Assembly (NCBI RefSeq): GCF_009914755.1
Contig: NC_060934.1
Reading direction: 5' to 3' (one strand)
DNA length: 64,000 bases
DNA from: the human T2T-CHM13v2.0 reference genome, Homo sapiens
Positions 12,174-26,265 of this stretch are shown here, one piece after another (within the stretch, counting starts at the first letter, position 1; each line of letters begins with the position of its first letter). A program made the translations under genes and the position numbers. The notes below the pieces were generated by a model that was given only the letters and a program-made list of their open reading frames with translations, ran no database searches and had not been told where the DNA came from.

Positions 12174-14554
12174 CCATTATCTCCTGGCCTATAAGGTTTC
12201 TGCTAATAAATCTGCTGTTAGGCTGATGGGTTTTTTAAGGCATTGATGCTTTACTCTTGCATCTAGTCTTTTTTAGAATAATTCCTTTGTCTTTGAGTTT
12301 AGACAGTTTGACTATAATATACCATGAAGAAGACCTTTCTGCATTATATCTGTTTGGAGATCTCTGAACCTCCTCTATCTGATGTCTAAATCTCTTGCTA
12401 GATTTGGGAAGTATTTTTCTATTATTTGAGTAATTCAGTTTTCTATCCCTTTCATTTTCTCTTTTCTCTCCAGGATACTGATAACTCAAATATTTTGTCA
12501 CTTTATGGTGTCCATGAATGCTTTGCTCATTCTTTTTTACTTTATTTTTTTCTTGTTATTTCAAAAGATGCATCTTTACATCTTGAGATTATTTCTTCTG
12601 CTTGATCTAGTCTATTTTTGAAACTTTCAATCTATTTTGTTCAATGAAATCTTCACTTCTAGAAACTCTGCTTGGTTTTTTTTTTTTTAATGATGCTTGT
12701 CTCTTTGACAAAGTTCTTATTCATATCCTAAATTGTTTTTCTCTGATCTCTTTGTGTTGTTTTTCAGTATTCCCCTGTATCTCACCAAGCTTCTTTAAAA
12801 TAAATATTTCAAATTGTTTTTCTGAGATTTCACAAATTTGTTTTCGATTGAGATCTGTTCTGGAGAACTATTGTATTCATTTAGTGGTGTCATATTTCCT
12901 TGCTTTTTCATTTTCCCTGTGTTCTGACCTTGATATCTGCACATCTGATGTAATAGTCACTTCCTCCCATTTTTAAAATTTGCTTTTGTAGGGCAGGACT
13001 TTTTCCTGAAAGTTTTGTTTGAGTAGGGCACTTTGGCTTTGATTCTGGGTGCATGCAGTAAAGTTGTCTCTGTATGAACTATCTGGCTATAAACAGCATC
13101 ATTGTTATTTATTATTTCCTCAGTGACTTACGATATGGTTATTATTGGAGGCTGTGGTAAGGTTTTGCGGGGGACTTGAATGCCAGATGGACTGGCCTGC
13201 AGGCCCCACTGGTGGCAGTGATTGGCTGAGTATACACATCCTTGAGCACCAGGGTGGTGTATACCTGCACTGGAGCTAGCAGATCCACATGGTTCACTTC
13301 TTGGCCCTTCAGGTGATTTATTCAGATGCCCACAGTAGCAGCAGTGGGATGGGAAGCTGGTCAGGGTCTCGAGTCCCTGGGCAGTTGGTGTGTGGGTGAT
13401 GGCAGTGTCAGGGGCAGGATAGTCCTGTGGAGCAGGAGTGAACAGTGCATGCTTGTGTTGACAGTGGCTGTGGTGGGCTTAGGAAAGCCAGTCTACAGTC
13501 CCCCAGGTGGCACATGCAGATAGGTGGTGGTAGCAGCAGGGTGGGTAGGCTCAATCTCAAGCCCCAAAGATAAGTGCTCAGGTGCCAACAGTGATGGAAT
13601 GGGCTGGGAAATCCACTGGTTCCTGGACTGCATATTCTGGCATAAGGAAAGGGGTGGTTAGACTGGGTGAACTTTTCCTCAGGCCTCTGGGTGGTGTGTG
13701 CAGTTACCAGCTATGCTAGGCAGGGGTGAGGTAATCCGTAAACCCTTGGTAGGATACACAGGTGAGAAATGGTAGTGGTTGTGCTGTAGCCCTGCCACTG
13801 GGTAGGGTGGGGCTGTCTTCACTGGAAGTATTGTAAGTTGGTGGGTGGGAACATGCACACCACTTGCTCCTCAGGACCAAAAAGGTGGTGACCTATTCCT
13901 TGCTTGCATTTCAGTCACAGTGGCAGTAGCCCATACTTTGCTTGTGCCTCATCTCTGACACCACTGGGACCCAGGACAGTAGGCCATCTGTTGGTGGCAG
14001 GGCTCTAAAATGGTGCCTTGGTGTAGCAGCTTAGTTCTCAGGGAGTCTGTGGGACCCAGCATGAGCTTCCCTCTGGAGCAATGCCATTGCACAGTCTCTC
14101 AGCAGCTCTGTATGTTAGTTTTGAGACCCATGAGGCTCAAGGGGCTCTCTCATGGCTAGGATTGCAGAAGTTCACAATGGGAATATAGACCACTGGGGGT
14201 CTTTCATTTACCCTTCCCTTGCATTGAGGAGTATCTTCCAGTTCACTCATGGTCTCCGACTCACAGGCTTGCTTTAGGTATGCCTTCTTCTTCCTTCTAT
14301 TAGGTGTATCCTGTCACTTTTCTGTTGAATTCTAGTGTTCTCTTTTGGATGATCTATTTGAAGTGTGATTATCTACTCGCTATTTTGGTTTTTAGGGGAG
14401 GAGGTAAGCACTGGTGGTAGCAGCAGGGTGGGTAGGCTCAATCTCAAGCCCCCAAGGTGCTGGTACCAGCACCTATCTGCATGTGTCATCTGGAGGACTG
14501 GAGACTGGCTTTCCTAGCCCACCACAGCCATCGCCAACACCAGCATGCACTGTT

Positions 14555-14798
14555 GTACCTTTTCTATGTTTGAATATGTTTATATACACAAATACATTGT
14601 TTTACAATTGCCTACAGTATTCAGTACAGTAACGTGCTCTATAGGTTTGTAGCCTAAGAGCAATAAGCTATACCATATAGCCTCAAAGCAATAGGCTATA
14701 CCATCTGTGTGCCACTACATTCTATATTTGCACAATGATGAAATCGCCTAATGACACATTTCTCAGAATGTTTTCCTGTCACTAAATTACACATGACT
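14555..14798 (+). mobile_element. Tigger3b right part (continuation of 5151-6380)
   Basis: gtaccttttctatgttt...caattgcctacagtattcagtacagtaac...gaaatcgcctaatgacacatttctcagaatg...acacatgact, ending in the right TIR. Confidence 0.88.
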
Positions 14799-15504
14799 AT
14801 ATTTTGAAACCTATGAAACAATGAAAGTCCCTGTTTCTCTGTATCCTGCTTGTTTTTCTCAAGCAAAGTATTGGTCATGCTTACATGGTGGCAAAGCATC
14901 CAGCTAAAATGTAAGAGGTTAAACCTTTATCCAGACAATTTAAGCATGAAATAACAGATGCAGAACATCTGGAAAAAGGATAATCATTCTGGATGTTTCT
15001 GATACGCTAAGGTTTTCTACAGTTGAATCAATAGCCTTTTCATCCTCATTGCAATTGTATCTGTCCCAAGAGAAGGTCTTTTTCATTGTGTTTTGTTTTT
15101 TGGTTCAGAGCGTCTGGCTACAGCTGTTTTATCAAAGTAGCATGGTGACCACTGCTCAAAAATGAGAGTTCTATCTTGGCTTCAGAGATTAAGGAAACTT
15201 GGAGGCTGTAGAAAGCTTGTTTTATTTGAGGTTTATACCACAGTTGGCCTAGACTTCCCTGGGAAAACTGGTCTTTATTTTCTGTGTTCCATAGCAAACC
15301 TGGGAATAGCCATGGTCCAGAAAATTATATATGTAGGTCATATAAAGTAACCCTACCCAATCAAGTGCTTCAGAACAAAATGTAATAGCTTAAAGAAAGA
15401 AAGAGGTAGAACACAGGGAGGGAGAGGCATCCCCAGAGCCCAGAGCCAAGCCTTCAAGAAAAATGGTCATCATTGTCATTGTCATCATCATCATTGTCAT
15501 CATT

Positions 15505-15665
15505 GCAGAAAAATGTTTCACTTAATATATACTAGCCCCTATTCTAAGTATTTTGCATATATGAACTCACTTTAGTACTAACAACTATGCTGTGAATAGG
15601 TACTATTATAGTCCCTACTTCACAGATTAAGAAACTGAAGCATAAGAAAGTCTGGACTTAACAAG
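15505..15665 (-). mobile_element. MIR SINE
   Basis: ggtactattatagtccctacttcacagattaagaaactgaagcata is the reverse MIR core. Confidence 0.7.
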
Positions 15666-15765
15666 TAATATAGAGTTTTGGATTTATGGGTAATAGAGAG
15701 CCATTGAATGTTTTAAGTAAGGAAGTAGCATTGTCTGCTTTACATTTCAAATCACTTAGGCATTT

Positions 15766-16095
15766 ATTTTTTATTATTTATTATGTATTTATTTATTTAT
15801 TTTTGAGACAGAGTCTTGCTCTGTCACCCAGGCTGGAGTGTAGTGGCACAATCTTGACTTACTGCAACTTCCGCCTCCTGGGTTCAAGCAATCCTCCCAC
15901 CTCAGCCTCAAGAGTAGCTAGTATTACAGGTGTAAGCCACCACACCCAGCTAATTTTTTTTTTTTTTTTTTTTTTAGTAGGGACAGGGTTTCATCATGTT
16001 GGCCAGGCTGGTCTCCATCCCCTGACCTCAAGCAATCCACCTGCCTCGGCCTCCCAAAGTGCTGGGATTACAGGCGTAAGCCACCATGGCTGGCC
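15766..16095 (-). mobile_element. Alu (AluS)
   Basis: Full dimer. TSD taggcattt at 15757-15765 and 16096-16104. Confidence 0.97.
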
Positions 16096-17669
16096 TAGGC
16101 ATTTTAAATCATGTGGGAGAATAGAGGAAGAAAAACCAGGCTAGAGGTGATAAGAACTCCAGAGGAAGTGGTGAGGGGGAAAGAGCAGAGAAAGGGATTG
16201 GTTTGCTAAATAATTTGCTTAAATGTACAATATTGGGTAATTGAAGGTTTCAAGGAAAAGGGGTAGCTGAAGAAATCAATGTCCCAAGTAAAGTAAATGT
16301 ATAGAGAAAAGAAAGCAGGTACATTTTAATGCTCAATCTTATGGATTTCTGACTAATGCCTTGATATTAGCAGGCCCATTTTGCTCTATGAAGGAGGTTT
16401 TCATTTGACTGGGTCTTTCCCCATTATTTTGATTAAAGACAGGGTGGGGAAGATTCTCTGAAAGACATTTTTGTTTTGAAGGTTCTCTGCCAAATAAGAA
16501 AGAGGAAATAAGACACTAAACTAAGACCAATCAAATCAATCAAGTCAAACCCTCTCAGTTTGATAGCTGTGGAGGGACCTGCCTGAATTTGCCTTTTACA
16601 GAGAAAGTTTCCCAGGGCTCTTATGTTAATTAGGGAATTTGAGTTTGCTACAGATGATTGCATTATCATCCCAGACAGGACAGCTAAACCCTTCTGTGCA
16701 AGAGAAAGAAAGCCATTTACATATCTCTCCAATCACGTTTTAAAAGATTTTAGAGATTATAGGTAATTTCCCATTTATTGTCAGGTCTATCCTAAAGCAC
16801 ATTCATAGGTAAATGCAAGTGGGTCATTTCTAGTCCCTTATTTTTGATGTTTCCAAGGAAAGGGAAGAGAAGAAACAAATTTTCATCTAGTAAGACATTG
16901 CTAGAGAAGCATCAATTGAGTTTGCTTCCTGTGTATGAGTCCTAACTGTAGTTTTTTCTTTAACTTTGGAGTTTTCTTTTAGGCTGGACTCCAGATTGAA
17001 ACATGCCATGATAATTTGAATTCATTTCATGGCTCCTGTAAGTTGGCAGACAACCAGAGTAGTTATCTGAATGGTTGTTGTGTTTGGTAGATGCTGTTTT
17101 CCCCCTTACACCTCAACAAACACTAATATATTTAATTTTATTCAAGCAGATCATACATTTGAGGATAACTTGGACTATAGGGAAATTTGCATTCCAAATT
17201 TTAGCATAATAAATCTTCTATGAATTTCTATAAAACCCTTATGAAGATTGTAGAAAGTCTTGAAAAATAACCGAAGGATTTCCCCTAGATTAACTTGTAG
17301 TTAGTAATACCTAGAATGGCTTTGAAGATGAAAGTAAAAATAAAATAAATTATTTATAAGTTCTGTGGTCATTTGGCTCTCTATTCACCCTAGACACTAA
17401 AGATACCAAGTCACAAATCACTTCCTTATGCTTGACTTAGAGGCATGAAGAATAATTCTTCCTGCCTCATTTTTGGTACAGTCCTAGGTAATGGAAAAAT
17501 ACAGTGATGATGATATAACCATCATCTCTCCTACTTTGAGCCATTTCAGACTTAAAGCCCTGTGTTTTTCAGGCCATTGTTAAACATTATACATCGTTGT
17601 GTAATTTCTAGGGCCAGTGTTATACTCAATCATTTATTTGTGACTTCAGTGTTAATATTCCTATTGTTT

Positions 17670-17880
17670 CTACTTATTAATTACTTCCAATGTGCCAAGC
17701 ACTCCTCTAGAGCTAAGTTATGTACAAGTCAGGTAATCCTCACGATGACTTTATGAGTTAGGTACTATCATTATCCTGATTTTACCTAAGAGAAAAGTGA
17801 AGCACAAATAAATTATGTAACTTCTTAGGGCCACATTGCAAGCAATGGATTAGAGTTTGGACCAGTATCTTTTTGACTGT
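17670..17880 (-). mobile_element. MIR SINE
   Basis: tgtgccaagcact...taatcctcac...ggtactatcattatcctgattttac...gtgaagcaca...aactt. Confidence 0.7.
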
Positions 17881-17994
17881 CATAAGTTTAGGGAAATGAC
17901 CCAGATGTCCTAATCTGACATTATAGATCAAGGATTGGAATCCACTGCAATTTCAAAGACTTATGCATTCAACTATTATGTTAAACTGATTCCG

Positions 17995-18006
17995 TATATG
18001 TATGTG

Positions 18007-18057
<51 letters not shown>

Positions 18058-18141
18058 CTCCTATATATGTGTGTGTCATAAACTGACTCCTATATGTATG
18101 AGTCATAAACTGACATATATGTGTGTGTGTGTATATGTATG
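17995..18141. repeat. Compound (TG)n/(TA)n microsatellite with an embedded ~29-bp duplicated unit
   Basis: Read directly: (TG)n, then (TA)n, then tgactcctatat...gtcataaac twice, then (TG)n. Confidence 0.92.
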
Positions 18142-20154
18142 CTGAAATTCTACCATGCGTGATCCACGGCATTAGTTTGAAGCCTTTTGATGCTTCATTA
18201 GCTGTTCCTTAAAGGGCATTCAGCTATTATCAGACTGGTTACACCTGAAGGGGAATCACTTTTTCTTTGTTGGCTAGGTGAGATCAGATGAAAGAGTTTT
18301 GAAATTATATGTCAACAGTTCTCAAATTTCTTAGTTTCCAGACCCCTTTATACTTTAAAAAGTTTTTAAAGATCTCAAAACTTTTGCTTTGTGAGCATCA
18401 CCTCATATAACATTTTTTAAATGTCTCTTTTTATTTAATGCAATTGCATTAAATAAAATGTAACTGCATTGTCTCAAGATGGCATTTGAAAATTTGAGAG
18501 ATGTCTAAATGCACCAGCCAAAAGTATACAATACTGTCCACCTTAGTCCCTAGAGCCATCTTGTTTTGGCTGCTCAGTGTCCATGCAAGTATCATGCCAA
18601 GTTTATTATTCCTTCAGAGATGCAGACCTCTCTTTTAGATGAGGAAAAACCAAAACCTCTATCTCTCTTTTAAATTAACAAACGCAGATATTGTTACCTG
18701 TATTCTATTCTAGAATTCTGTCAATTTTATTTCTGCTCTAGAATATTCTCAATTTAACCTGATGTTTTAAAGGTCCTCTCTATCTGTGTAATTCAACTTG
18801 ATTCCTAAGTTACACCAGTGAATAATTCTCACCTTTGGTGTATTTACACTTCTTAAAATTTAATCGACTTGTTTCTCCTTTTGCAGTATTTTAACTGAAA
18901 TTCCTTATTAACCACAGATTCCTAGGTTAAACGTGGACTCTTGATTCGGTTCCTTACTTAGGAACCAAAATCAAAGATGATTGAAATGTTTGAAATACAA
19001 CTTGCCATCAGCCCTGAATATTTCTTCAGATTTCTCCTCACCCTGTATTGGTTGGATTTGCTTATTTTCCAACTATTTGATGTATGCCAAATCTGATGAC
19101 ATGTGGCTCTGCTTCAAAGTGTAAATCAATACTTTCAGGTAATATGCACCCTTATAAAAATATAGAAAATCCACTCATAAGCATATATACCATGCCTCTC
19201 TTAGTCATATACTGTGTCATATCAGTTTGAAAAGGAGAATGAGCTCTGATCCCAAGACTCAGGTCACCTGGAAAAGCTGGAATTAGTGACAAGGATGAAA
19301 CTGGAGGCCTGGCTCCAATGTCTTCAGGGAATATAGATGCTTCACCTTCAGGCTTCTTTACCTTCCCCAAGAAAGTATTCTACCTACAATTTTGGGGTAG
19401 TAGTGAATCATGATCAAATATCGAGGAGGAATCTTTGTATCCACAGTGCTTTCCAGACTTCTCTCAATTTGAAAGACCACAGAAACTCTTTGGCAGCTAT
19501 TTGCGCATGACCAGTCACCCAAACTTTCTGCTTTCTATGACAGTTCCAGGGACTCTATACTGGAATTACTTGCCTGGTATAGATACGGTCATTAATTGAA
19601 AATGGTCATGGGAATGAGATACTTTGTTTATATGTGAGATAAATCAGTAAGATAAATAAGATACTGGTAAGTGCCAGAGCTCAAGTTAAGGCCTTTTCAT
19701 TAAAATTATACAGCATTTTCCTCCCCAGACACTTATAAACAGAAAAGCTGACCATTATTGTCAAAGGGTGGAGGCAAGAACAGTGCTTTTTGGCCATCAG
19801 ACTTTGTCAGAAAGCCAATCATATTTTTTAAGGAAATTATTTACTTTGGGCTTCACTTTCTCAAATTCCAAGATTTCAATGTAATTTTTTGTCCTGTTTC
19901 ATTCATAGTGCTAAGATACTATTTGTTCATTACGAGAAAATGAAATGTTTTCTTCAAAGTAAAACTAATGCATGAGACAGAGTCACATGATTAGCTCTGT
20001 AAATGACAATTACTCAAATTTCTCTCAGTTAAAAATACCAAAACAATACATCACAATCAATGGAAACATTTTTATTGCCTGTTTTACATGTGAACATTTA
20101 CAAATATCTTCATACTTGTAGCAATCCAACAGATCACATTGATATCTATTTTAG

Positions 20155-20532
<378 letters not shown>

Positions 20533-21837
20533 CAATTTCAGTTTTGAAGCCAACTTTTAGTAATTGGGTACTTAAAATGGCAACTTAGCTTGGTACAGGT
20601 TATGTTACTTTTCATTTTTTATAATGGAATTATAGTTCTTAAGAAGGAAGAAACTATGGAATTGCTTATGGAATAGTGATATACACAGAGCATCCTGTTG
20701 GTAGAGAAAAGTCGATGGAGTAGACAAGTGGAAACATTTCACTGGGAGTTGGTCTTGTCTAAGTTGATTCTCAGGAACGCATCTCCTAAGCCTCTTCTAC
20801 TCCCCTCCCGCGTGTTTCCGTCTGTGGACTTGACCCTTATCCTCACGCCCTGAAGCTGGTGATCACTCTGACGTTGGGTTCTAATGTTTTGTTTTGCTTC
20901 CCAGGAAAAGCAGCACAGGCATTACCGTGTAATTTCTATTGTTCTTATGCTTGCTATTTTTCTCTCTAAAAAATAGACCCCAGACACCACTCCACAACCC
21001 CTGGGGCCAAGAGATGATTAGCGATCCAGAAATTGTTAAGAGTTGCATCACATGTCCATTAACCACTCATATTTTTTTCCCAATCCAGCATGAAATGACA
21101 GAAAAGTGACTCTCTTACTTTTTAAGCCAGGCCTTTGATTCATATGTTAGAGAATCTAATTTTTAAAAACTTGTCATACATTTGGGGCTGTATTCTGTCA
21201 TGAGAGAATGACAACCATAAAGTTAAAGTGTGTCCAAAGGCTAGCAGTAATGATTGACAAATACATGCTTGCTAGACCCATTCATTACATGAAGTGATTC
21301 AGATGTAAGTGTTCTTTTAGGATTTATGGTGTGAGAATGGACCCTGTTTTCTTGAGGAGTAAGGAAGCTGCTCAATTAAGCTTTCTTTTCTGTAGATGCT
21401 TCTGTTTATTTGGGGGCTTTTAAAAATTGTTGTTGTCGGTCTCTATAATAAACAGAAATCTGCCTCCTTGTAATGAATACCATTGTTTTACTTCTTATCA
21501 CTGAAGCTCAGTGTTCAATTCTTCTTTCATATCACTGCTTCAGATCTTTCTGTCTGGCATAATCTTTTAAGTCTTTTCTTTCTCAGCAGAATATTCTCAG
21601 GGTCTCCAATTATTGCCCCTTCTGGAAGAGCTTCAACACATCAGTGTTTCTCTTCAAATGGGATTTGGGACACAGTTGTGGCCACAGAGATGTTTTTCAC
21701 AGCATTACTCACAGAGGTGAATAATTAAAAAATGTTGAACAAAATAAATGATTAAATAATGATACATTCTCACAACAGACTGTTATGAAATCTTTAAACT
21801 AGTCTGATTATGGGAAAATATTCAAACTACATGATAT

Positions 21838-22221
21838 TAGAGACAAACACCACACAATCTCACTCATATGTTGAATCTTTAAAAAGCTGATTTCATAGAA
21901 ATAGAGAGAATACTGGTTATCAGAGGCTGGGGAGGGAAGGGTGTCCAGGGAAGATTGGTTAATGCATACAAAGTTACAGATAAGAAGATAAGAAGAACAA
22001 GTTTTGGTGTTCTAATATGTAGCAGGGTGACTATAACAAATAACAATGTATTGTATATTTCACCATAGCTAGAAGATTTGAATGTTGTCATCACTCAAAA
22101 TTAATAAATGTTTAAAGTGATGGGTATGGTAATTACCCTGCTTTGATCATTATACTATGTGTACACGCATTGAGACATCACACTGAACCCCATATGTGTG
22201 TACAATTATAAATAAAAAATA
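21838..22221 (+). mobile_element. L1MA (approx. L1MA5-7) 3' end
   Basis: tctcactcatatg...ggttatcagaggctgggg...gggtgactata...aattaccctgctttgatcattatac...aataaaaaa. Confidence 0.85.
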
Positions 22222-22762
<541 letters not shown>

Positions 22763-23934
22763 GAATATATGAATTAACTTTTCTTTGTATTTCTCCAGTT
22801 ACTATTATCAAACAAACCTCCAGGAGATTCAAAACAGAACAGAGAGTCACAGTCAATGAAAAGACAAATTATGTTCTGGGTTATAGCTTTTCTCCCAGAC
22901 CAACAATAGTTTAAGTTACACTTCTCCCCATGTATATTCTTATGGAACTTGTCATTCACTCTACCTTGCAATCCATTTTCTTTGAAAATTGCTTGAGAAC
23001 CGCTTAACACTAATACTGAAAATGTAATAGTAATTTTATTTTACTTGCTGCACGACAATATTGCTGAAGTCAATTACTATTTCTTGCCTTAATATTTACA
23101 GGCATCTTATGTGATCGAAGTTGTCACAAAGGGAAGAAACTTAACATTTTATTGGTGTATACAGTAGAAATGTTTACTACGATTGTGGGAATGACTGGGT
23201 AACCACTTTTCATGCATGTCACAAAGCAGCAGAAATCCCCGTGAAAACTGGATGACTGATATTCACTCATTTTTCAATGAGCTTTTACAATTAAGAATCA
23301 CTTGACATTGAGCATGAAATGTGAAATGTACAATTTTGTTTTAGAAAAACATAGTTGACATTTTAGTGATTAGGAGCTCTATATCATAGGGCATATTTTT
23401 AGGTATTGTGTTTAAGAATGTGTGACTATTGTCTTTAAAATCCTACCTGCATGTTGTTAGGGAAACACATTTCTATTTCATTTTTTTAAAATAATCGTTG
23501 AAAGTTATTTTTTGAAATCCTAGGGGGAATTTTTCTCCTTAAACTTCTGTTTCTTTTTTAACTTTTGTCCAAACAACCCACAAAAATCTTCAAATCATAA
23601 TGAATAGCATTGATTTTCAGACTTTCATATTTCTTCTGCTTTTTATCTTTTACATAGCAACAATCCATCATCTTTTGGGCCAATTTTAGCATTCTTTTGT
23701 TTTTCTGCAATTTCTTCATTCTGTAATATTTGCTACCAACTCAGCTAAACCTGGTATTGGCATCATCTTGGGGACTGATTGGTCAGTGTTGAGATCACTC
23801 TTGGAAAATTGTATTGCAAGGAGGGTCTCCATCAGTTTTCCCTTTTTAATCAGTACCTATGCGGGAGTTTGAACTTGTATTTTAATCCCATAAGGCTAGA
23901 TGTTAAATTTTTAGTGTTCAGGGCTCTTTTTTTG

Positions 23935-24335
23935 TTCATTATTCATTAGTTCATTCATTCACTCAACCAGCCAATGTTTATGAAAACCTACCATAGTGCC
24001 AGGTACTGAAAGTATGGAAATGAGAGACATAATCTCTACCACAAGAGATTCTCTAACAAACCAACTGACAGTAAAAATATAAGTTCTATTATGGAGAAAA
24101 GGAAGCAAGGTAGGGCACTTAACACATTGGAAAAAGGAGTCACGGTGACTTTCTACATAGTCTTTCAATTAAGCCTTGAAGAAATAAATCAGTTGGAGGA
24201 GAGAGAGAAGGAAACAGAAAGAAATGCTTATGCCAAGTTGTAGATACACAAAATAACATGGTGGGTTTTAGAAACTCAAGGTAGTTCAGCTTACTAGGAA
24301 TGGGATACATGGAAAAAAAATGATATTGGTGAAAG
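23935..24335 (-). mobile_element. L2 LINE fragment
   Basis: ttcattcattcactcaacc...tgtttatgaaaacctacc...gtgccaggtactg is an L2 3' tail in reverse. Confidence 0.7.
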
Positions 24336-24664
24336 CTTGGGCAGGTTGTGTAAACTGTTTCTTCCTTATCAATAAAGTGGAGACAGTGGATACAGGTTGC
24401 TTAACAGAGTACAGACATATAATACATGCTTCAGGTTTCTTTAGTGGTGAAAGTAAGAGTTTCATATAAGGACTAAGGAAAACCTCCCAATTAATTTTCA
24501 ATCTTTTCATGAAATTCTAAAGCCTGACAATTTGGACTCAGATAGATGTATGCTTCTTGTTAATGTTTTGAAGTGTTTACTAATTATGAGGGGTCTTTGT
24601 TCATTTTTTTGTTTGTTTGTTTTCTGGAATCATTAGGATATAGCAATTACAGTTGGAAGGCAGA

Positions 24665-24830
24665 ACACCATTAGTGGTTGATAGGTCAGGCTTTTGAAGT
24701 CAGACTTGCAAATTTCTTGTTTCTAATCTGCAAAATGGGGATAATAATAGTATATCTAACTCACTGTTTTTCTGAGACTTGAAAGTGCTTGGCAGAGTAC
24801 CAAGCACCTAGAAAGCCTTCTGAAATGGTA
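24665..24830 (+). mobile_element. MIR SINE
   Basis: ggcttttgaagtcagact...atctgcaaaatggggataataatagta...aaagtgcttggca. Confidence 0.7.
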
Positions 24831-24855
24831 GAATGGTAGCTGAAAGTCACAATCT

Positions 24856-24994
24856 TCCTCTCCTTTCCTTTCCTTTCCTTTCTCCTTCCTTCCTTCCTTC
24901 CCTTCCCTTCCCTTCCTTCCCTTCCTTCCCTTCCTTCCCTTCCTTCCCTTCCTTCCCTTCCTTCCCTTCCTTCCCTTCCTTTCTTCCTTCCTTC

Positions 24995-25087
<93 letters not shown>

Positions 25088-25232
25088 CTTCCTTCTTTCC
25101 TTTCCTTTCTTTCTTTCCTTCTTTCTTTCTTTCTTTCCTTCCTTCCCTTTCTTTCTTTCCTTCTTTATTTCTCTTTCTTTCTTTCTTTCTTTCTTTATTT
25201 ATTTCTTTTCTTTCTTTTCTTTCTTTCTTTCT
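24856..25232. repeat. Polypyrimidine compound microsatellite (CCTT/CCCTT/CTTT/CT)n, expanded AluJ tail
   Basis: About 375 nt of almost pure C/T, abutting the Alu 3' end. Confidence 0.97.
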
Positions 25233-25495
25233 CATTCTGTTATCCAGACTGAAGTGCAGTGGCACAAACTTGCCTCACTGCAGCCTCGACCTCCCAGGCT
25301 GAATCTATCCTCTGCTTTCTGAGTAGCTGGGACCACAGGTGTGTGCCACCACAGCCAGCTAATTTTTGTATTTTTTGTAGAAATGAGGTCTCACTATGTT
25401 GCCCAGGCCAATCTCAAATTCCTGGGGTCAAGAATTCCACCCGCCTCGCCCTCCCAAACTGCTGAGATTACAGGCGTGAGCCACTACCCCCAGCC
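25233..25495 (-). mobile_element. Alu (AluJ)
   Basis: ctcactgcagcctcgacctcccaggct...gaggtctcactatgttgcccagg...caggcgtgagccac. Confidence 0.93.
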
Positions 25496-25687
25496 CGGTC
25501 TTGTTTTCAGTGGTAAATTAGTACACGTGTTTTCCCTCAACATTGGGGTGATAAAATAGCTCTGGTATATATTTTTACCATTTAAGTTTTTATTCACCAC
25601 CTTTAAAGTTTTCCTATTTCTTTTCTCCATTTAGTTAATAAATTAAGTAGACTATTCTGGTAAGTGCCTCTGAAATCAAAAAGCTTT

Positions 25688-26257
<570 letters not shown>

Positions 26258-26265
26258 CTCTAAAG

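Larger units (their letters stand above)
7021..14412 (-). mobile_element. Near-full-length L1MA (approx. L1MA2-4), degraded
   Basis: 3' UTR (tgtatttgtacatatttatgggtacatgtg...). ORF2 fragments on the minus strand: [44 protein letters not shown], and endonuclease ICCLQETHLTCKDTYKLKVKGWKK. ORF1 region ~12200-12950 and GC-rich 5' UTR ~13000-14410. Confidence 0.92.

Noticed and set aside
15686-16144. 152-aa ORF and other '[11 protein letters not shown]' ORFs
   Set aside because: Standard antisense-Alu translations.
24756-25265. 169-aa K/R/E-rich ORF and the opposite-strand F/S/L/P-rich ORF
   Set aside because: Translations of a stop-free purine/pyrimidine microsatellite plus Alu.
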